Below, one piece after another: positions 28,013 through 32,000 of a stretch of 32,000 nucleotides of DNA. The notes beneath the pieces were generated by a model. It searched no databases, was not told the origin of the DNA, and saw only the letters and a program-made list of their open reading frames with translations. The DNA is from Candidatus Hermodarchaeota archaeon (GTDB taxonomy: Archaea; Asgardarchaeota; Heimdallarchaeia; Hodarchaeales; Hodarchaeaceae), in assembly GCA_048886185.1 (NCBI GenBank), contig JBHLKY010000010.1, positions 18,526 through 50,525 of the forward strand, read 5' to 3'. How positions within the stretch are numbered: the first letter of the stretch is position 1; every line of letters starts with the position of its first letter. Both the position numbers and the translations under genes were made by a program.

Positions 28013-28208
28013 ATCAGCTTAACTCTCTTTAAATAGGTTTTTCGACTCTATCAATCTTATATATTAGCGTCTGCTGGTAAAAATTCACAACAAAAATAAA
28101 GGATGGGATTTTTTTTTTTACCTTGATACTTTAGTTCAACACTGATAAGGTTTTTAAACAGGGAAAATGCCTCAAATTCTCGTATGTTCAGAATGAGCAT
28201 ATCAAAAG

Positions 28209-29852
28209 GTGAAAATATTGAAACTTAAAAAAGCCAAATCACTTGTCTTTTTAGTAGCTCTTGTTGTTGGTTTCATAGCAGTAATACCTGTTTTGCCAGT
28301 TCAGGCTGCTGGTGGAACTGTTGTTATTGGAACCACTGATTCGGTTACTAAATTGGATCCAGCCGATTCTTATGACTATTTTTCGTCAAATGTTTTGGTT
28401 CAAATCACTCATGGACTAATGGAAATGCCCTTAGACTCCACCGATGCGGAAAAAGGTCCAATATTAGAATCTTATAGTGTAAGCCCAGATGCGAAAGTAT
28501 TTACTTTCAATTTGAAAACTGGTATTAAATTCAGTGATGGGTCACCATTCAATTCCACCGCTGTGAAATGGTGTTTCGATCGTGTGCTTAATCTACCTGA
28601 TGGAGAACCTGCGTTCCTCCTGACTGATGTGGTCAATAAAACGGAAGTTGTCGACGATGATACTGTGAAAGTTACCTTAGACATTGCTGATGCAACTTTT
28701 CTTCAGCGACTTACCTATACAGTTGCATGGATAATTAAACCAGATTCTTTATCATTTGATGCACTTTCAGGAAGATCAGAAGACACACTTCCAATTGGCT
28801 TAGGCCCCTATATGATTGACTCTTGGACAAAAGACGTGGAACTCATTCTTGTACCCAACCCCAACTACTTTGGAGACGCTCCTGAAAACGATAAAGTAGT
28901 TATCAAATTCTATACTGATGCCTCGGCAATGCTAACAGCATTAGAGAATGGGGACATTGATGTTGCTCATCGAGTCTTCGGTCCTGAGGAGATGGATTCA
29001 GTGATGGGTAATGATGACCTCGAATATGAAACAAAGTCATCTGCAGGAATTCGCTACTTACTCATAAATGTTGAAATGTATGACGATATAAATGTCCGTA
29101 GAGCCCTTGCAGCCGCAGTTAATCGTTCTGAGATTGTTTCTACAGTTTTCGATAATTTTAATGAACCATTATTTAGCATGGTTCCAAAAATCTTTACAAG
29201 TCAAATAGATGTGTTCATGGATGGTCCTGATCAAGATTCTGTTGAAGGTAACATGACCCTCTCTGGTTATAGTACCACAAACAAATTTGATATCGAAATG
29301 TGGTACACTCCTACTCACTATGGTGATACTGAGGATGATGTCGCGTTACTATTGGAAGAACAATTCGAGGACACTGGACTCTTCACTGTGACTGTTAAAA
29401 ATACTGAGTGGACCCAATACCTAGATCAAAGACAAACCATGGGTTTCTATTTACTTGGTTGGTGGTTCGATTATCCTGATCCAAGTAATTACGTTGATCC
29501 TTTCGTTGGTTCAGGATCTGATAGTTTCGGAGTTTTTTATGATGATGCAGATATGAATGACTATATTGATACAATGCTTACAGATCCTTCTGCTCCCGCC
29601 CGAGCAACTGCTACTAAAAATGCTCAGAAACTCATGTTTAAGGATGTTCCACTAATCCCATTGTTTACAATGCTCTCTCAGTTCACTGCTTGGCAGCCAG
29701 GAGTCACAGGGGTAGTTTTAGAACCTTCTGAGAACCTTCATTATAATTCTATTGTTGCAGCTGGTGCAGGTGTTCCTGGTTTCGAGCTAATACCCACAGT
29801 TTTAATAATAGGAGCTCTTGTTTTATTTGTTAAGAGGAAAACGAAGAACTAA
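28209..29852 (+). CDS. Peptide/nickel ABC transporter substrate-binding protein (family 5, DppA/OppA-like) with PGF-CTERM-type anchor
   Basis: Sec-type signal ending VQA-A with no lipobox; LDPA, FTFNLKTGIKFSDGSPFN, GLGPY, NPNYFG, WWFDYPDP; C-terminal GVPGF-TM-KRKTKN. Confidence 0.92.
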   Translation: MKILKLKKAKSLVFLVALVVGFIAVIPVLPVQAAGGTVVIGTTDSVTKLDPADSYDYFSSNVLVQITHGLMEMPLDSTDAEKGPILESYSVSPDAKVFTFNLKTGIKFSDGSPFNSTAVKWCFDRVLNLPDGEPAFLLTDVVNKTEVVDDDTVKVTLDIADATFLQRLTYTVAWIIKPDSLSFDALSGRSEDTLPIGLGPYMIDSWTKDVELILVPNPNYFGDAPENDKVVIKFYTDASAMLTALENGDIDVAHRVFGPEEMDSVMGNDDLEYETKSSAGIRYLLINVEMYDDINVRRALAAAVNRSEIVSTVFDNFNEPLFSMVPKIFTSQIDVFMDGPDQDSVEGNMTLSGYSTTNKFDIEMWYTPTHYGDTEDDVALLLEEQFEDTGLFTVTVKNTEWTQYLDQRQTMGFYLLGWWFDYPDPSNYVDPFVGSGSDSFGVFYDDADMNDYIDTMLTDPSAPARATATKNAQKLMFKDVPLIPLFTMLSQFTAWQPGVTGVVLEPSENLHYNSIVAAGAGVPGFELIPTVLIIGALVLFVKRKTKN

Positions 29853-29873
29853 ATGAGTAAATAGTTCTTTTCC

Positions 29874-29887
29874 ATCCCTTTTTTTTT
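29874..29887 (+). terminator. Oligo-T terminator candidate between the binding-protein and permease genes
   Basis: ATCCC-T9, 22 nt after the stop. Confidence 0.6.
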
Positions 29888-30128
29888 CCAAAAGTTATGT
29901 ATCTCCCTTTGACGAGTTTTCTTTTATCAATACATTTCAGAGTCTGTATTAATTTGAATCAGAAATTAAAGGAGAATTGACTACTTTTATTAATTTAAAT
30001 CAGCAATCGTGTTTCTTATAAGTGATATTGAATTGAGCAGTTCCAGATAGTTGTTCCAATAAATTAAATTATAATTTCTTGTAATGACTTCTTCAACCAT
30101 CAAATGAGTATTACCGAGATTCAGGAGA

Positions 30129-31166
30129 TTGGTTATTACAATGACTTCTTTACGATCATTTATAGTGATGAGGATAGCCCTTTTACTGCCAATGATGTGG
30201 TTATTAATAACTATTGTATTCTTTCTGTTACGAGTTCTTCCAGGAGCAAACCCTGCTCTTGTTATGAATCCGAAGTTGACACCAGAACAAGTTGAATTAA
30301 TGTCAGAGAGATTTGGGTTAGATCGTCCATTACATGAGCAATATTTTGATTTTCTATTTAGATCCATGGTCTTCGATTTTGGAGTGTCATTTCGGACCAA
30401 TAATTTTGTGGCAGTTGAAATAAGACAAGCTTTTGGATTGACATTAACATTAGGAACATTTGGTACTTTGATTGGTATTCCATTAGGGGTCATACTAGGT
30501 GGTATTTCTGGAGCAAACAGAAACAGTATAAAAGATCATGCAATTCGATTATACACTATAGGAATTTATTCAATTCCAATATTCTTAGTAGGGATTTTAA
30601 TGCAAATGCTGTTCTCTAAATCAGGAATTCTTATCCCACTACTACCTGCATTGTCACCAATGAGAGCAGGAGCGACTGGTGAATTTACAAAATATACAGA
30701 TATATGGTTGATCGATACATTATTATCTGGGAGACCTGATCTAACTTTTGATCTAATTCTTCATATGATAATGCCCAGTGTAGCTCTAGGCATGTTAATA
30801 GCTGGTGTAATCGCTAGACAAGTACGAACGAACATGATTTTTCAATTAGAGCAAGATTATGTCCATTTCGCAAGATCGAGAGGAATTCCAGAGAATACTG
30901 TTGTTTATCGATATACTTTGAAGAATGCAGTTGTACCAACTATTGGCTTGATAAGTTTACAATTTGCTTTATTGCTAGCTGGTGCAATATTAACAGAGAC
31001 TACATTCAATATCCCAGGATTAGGAAGATATTTGTTTCTTGCAATTCAAGAGAAAGACTTTCCAGCAGTGCAAGGAGTCATGGTAGTTTTTGTTTTAGTA
31101 GTAAGCATTGTTAGCTTAATCGGGGATGTCCTTTATGCCCTCTTAGATCCTAGAATTACGTATTAA
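30129..31166 (+). CDS. Peptide ABC transporter permease (DppB/OppB-like)
   Basis: LRVLPGANPA, FGLDRPLHEQY, FDFGVSF, EAA loop QDYVHFARSRGI, ETTFNIPGLG. Confidence 0.93.
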   Translation: MVITMTSLRSFIVMRIALLLPMMWLLITIVFFLLRVLPGANPALVMNPKLTPEQVELMSERFGLDRPLHEQYFDFLFRSMVFDFGVSFRTNNFVAVEIRQAFGLTLTLGTFGTLIGIPLGVILGGISGANRNSIKDHAIRLYTIGIYSIPIFLVGILMQMLFSKSGILIPLLPALSPMRAGATGEFTKYTDIWLIDTLLSGRPDLTFDLILHMIMPSVALGMLIAGVIARQVRTNMIFQLEQDYVHFARSRGIPENTVVYRYTLKNAVVPTIGLISLQFALLLAGAILTETTFNIPGLGRYLFLAIQEKDFPAVQGVMVVFVLVVSIVSLIGDVLYALLDPRITY

Positions 31167-31187
31167 ATCGGATTGTAGGTGAAAAAT

Positions 31188-32000
31188 TTGGTAACGCCAC
31201 CCATAACTCAAAAAGGTCAAATTGGAGAGTCTAAAGCTATTATTATCAAATTTTGGGAGTTTATTAGATATAACAAGACATTAACTTTTGGGATTATCCT
31301 CTTAAGCATTATTGTGATAGTAGCCGTCTTTGCTGACTTTATTTCCCCCTATCACTATGCTGAAAGATTTCCTCAATTACGTTATGGGCCTCCCTCCTCA
31401 GAACATCCTTTTGGAACAACATTATTGGGATTTGATGTCTTAGCGAGAGTGATATATGGTGCTCGCGTTGCATTAATAATCGCTTTTTCTGGAACGATTC
31501 TGGCTTATATAATTGGTGTTCCTCTCGGTATTCTTTCAGGATATTTTGGAGGAAAGGTAGATAGGTTATTAACCCTTATAGCTGATGCAATCTATTCATT
31601 TCCCTCATTATTATTGGCAATTACTTTTGCCATCTACCTCTCAGGATTTGGTATACTCAAAACTGTTGCTGCTGTATCCTTTGCAACAGCAGTAGTTTAC
31701 ATCCCAACCTATTTTCGGGTTGTTCGTTCACAGGTTCTGCAAGTTAAAAAAGAAGGGTATGTTAATGCAGCAAAATCAATTGGTGCTGGAAAATTAACAA
31801 TATTAATTAGATATATAACTCCCAATATATTAGCAACTACAATTGCTATAATACCATTTAATATGACTGATGCAATTCTTACCAATGCAGGTTTAGCTTT
31901 CCTTGGACTCGGTATCCAACCCCCTACAGCAGATTGGGGATATGATGTTTATGATGCTAGAGCTCTTTCAAAAGTGCGTGCATATCCTTGGTTAATCTTT
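31188..32000 (+). CDS. Peptide ABC transporter permease (DppC/OppC-like), 3'-truncated by the window end; missing from the supplied ORF track
   Basis: TTG at 31188 follows AGGTGA at 31178-31183. Translation gives PPSSEHPFGTTLLGFDVLARVIYGAR, FPSLLLAI, the EAA loop EGYVNAAKSIGA and LAFLGLGIQPPTADWG. Confidence 0.9.
   Translation, partial: MVTPPITQKGQIGESKAIIIKFWEFIRYNKTLTFGIILLSIIVIVAVFADFISPYHYAERFPQLRYGPPSSEHPFGTTLLGFDVLARVIYGARVALIIAFSGTILAYIIGVPLGILSGYFGGKVDRLLTLIADAIYSFPSLLLAITFAIYLSGFGILKTVAAVSFATAVVYIPTYFRVVRSQVLQVKKEGYVNAAKSIGAGKLTILIRYITPNILATTIAIIPFNMTDAILTNAGLAFLGLGIQPPTADWGYDVYDARALSKVRAYPWLIF

Noticed and set aside
28109-28119. T11 run upstream of the binding-protein gene as a phase-variation tract
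   Set aside because: Homopolymer runs are common in this genome's spacers, and a plausible TATA (TTTTTAAA near 28151-28158) lies downstream of it.
862-28684. Shadow ORFs in the track (e.g. 862-1257, 1315-1701, 2113-2316, 3051-3461, 5756-6028, 6672-6863, 11073-11294, 17935-18396, 20223-20601, 21234-21515, 22845-23042, 25305-25514, 27283-27606, 28472-28684)
   Set aside because: They overlap well-supported genes on the opposite strand or in another frame and show no recognisable motifs.
29990-30493. 167-aa minus-strand ORF and 30104-30295 plus-strand ORF
   Set aside because: Antisense or out-of-frame overlaps of the DppB-like permease.

Overview
AT-rich, gene-dense archaeal chromosomal window. 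I infer an Asgard archaeon, probably Heimdallarchaeia/Hodarchaeales-like, from a Rab-like GTPase, a eukaryote-like AsnRS and PGF-type C-terminal sorting signals; no marker-gene phylogeny was run. It holds about 27 genes: a radical SAM enzyme, two ZIP and two DMT transporters, an HTH regulator, MscS, a heterodimeric ABC exporter, an MFS transporter, the oapABC/arvABC GTPase operon, an NDP-sugar pyrophosphorylase with a degenerate phosphomutase partner, a lipoate-ligase-family protein, a KaiC-like ATPase, an AbrB-like protein, a Rab-like GTPase, an archaeosortase, asnS, a stand-alone Lrp ligand-binding domain and a peptide ABC importer cut by the window end. No rRNA, tRNA, CRISPR array or transposase was seen. 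Best leads: (1) an archaeosortase with two unrelated GVPGF-tailed proteins of identical tail geometry, one a 772-aa glycoprotein-like orphan; (2) an intact arvABC/oapABC operon converging on an unexplained coiled-coil/winged-helix protein, followed by a structured AT-rich spacer and a small Cys/His protein; (3) a probable pseudo-phosphomutase beside an intact-looking pyrophosphorylase; (4) a eukaryote-like AsnRS; (5) a multiply broken gene at about 11.6-12.4 kb. All family calls come from motif recognition by eye, not database searches.
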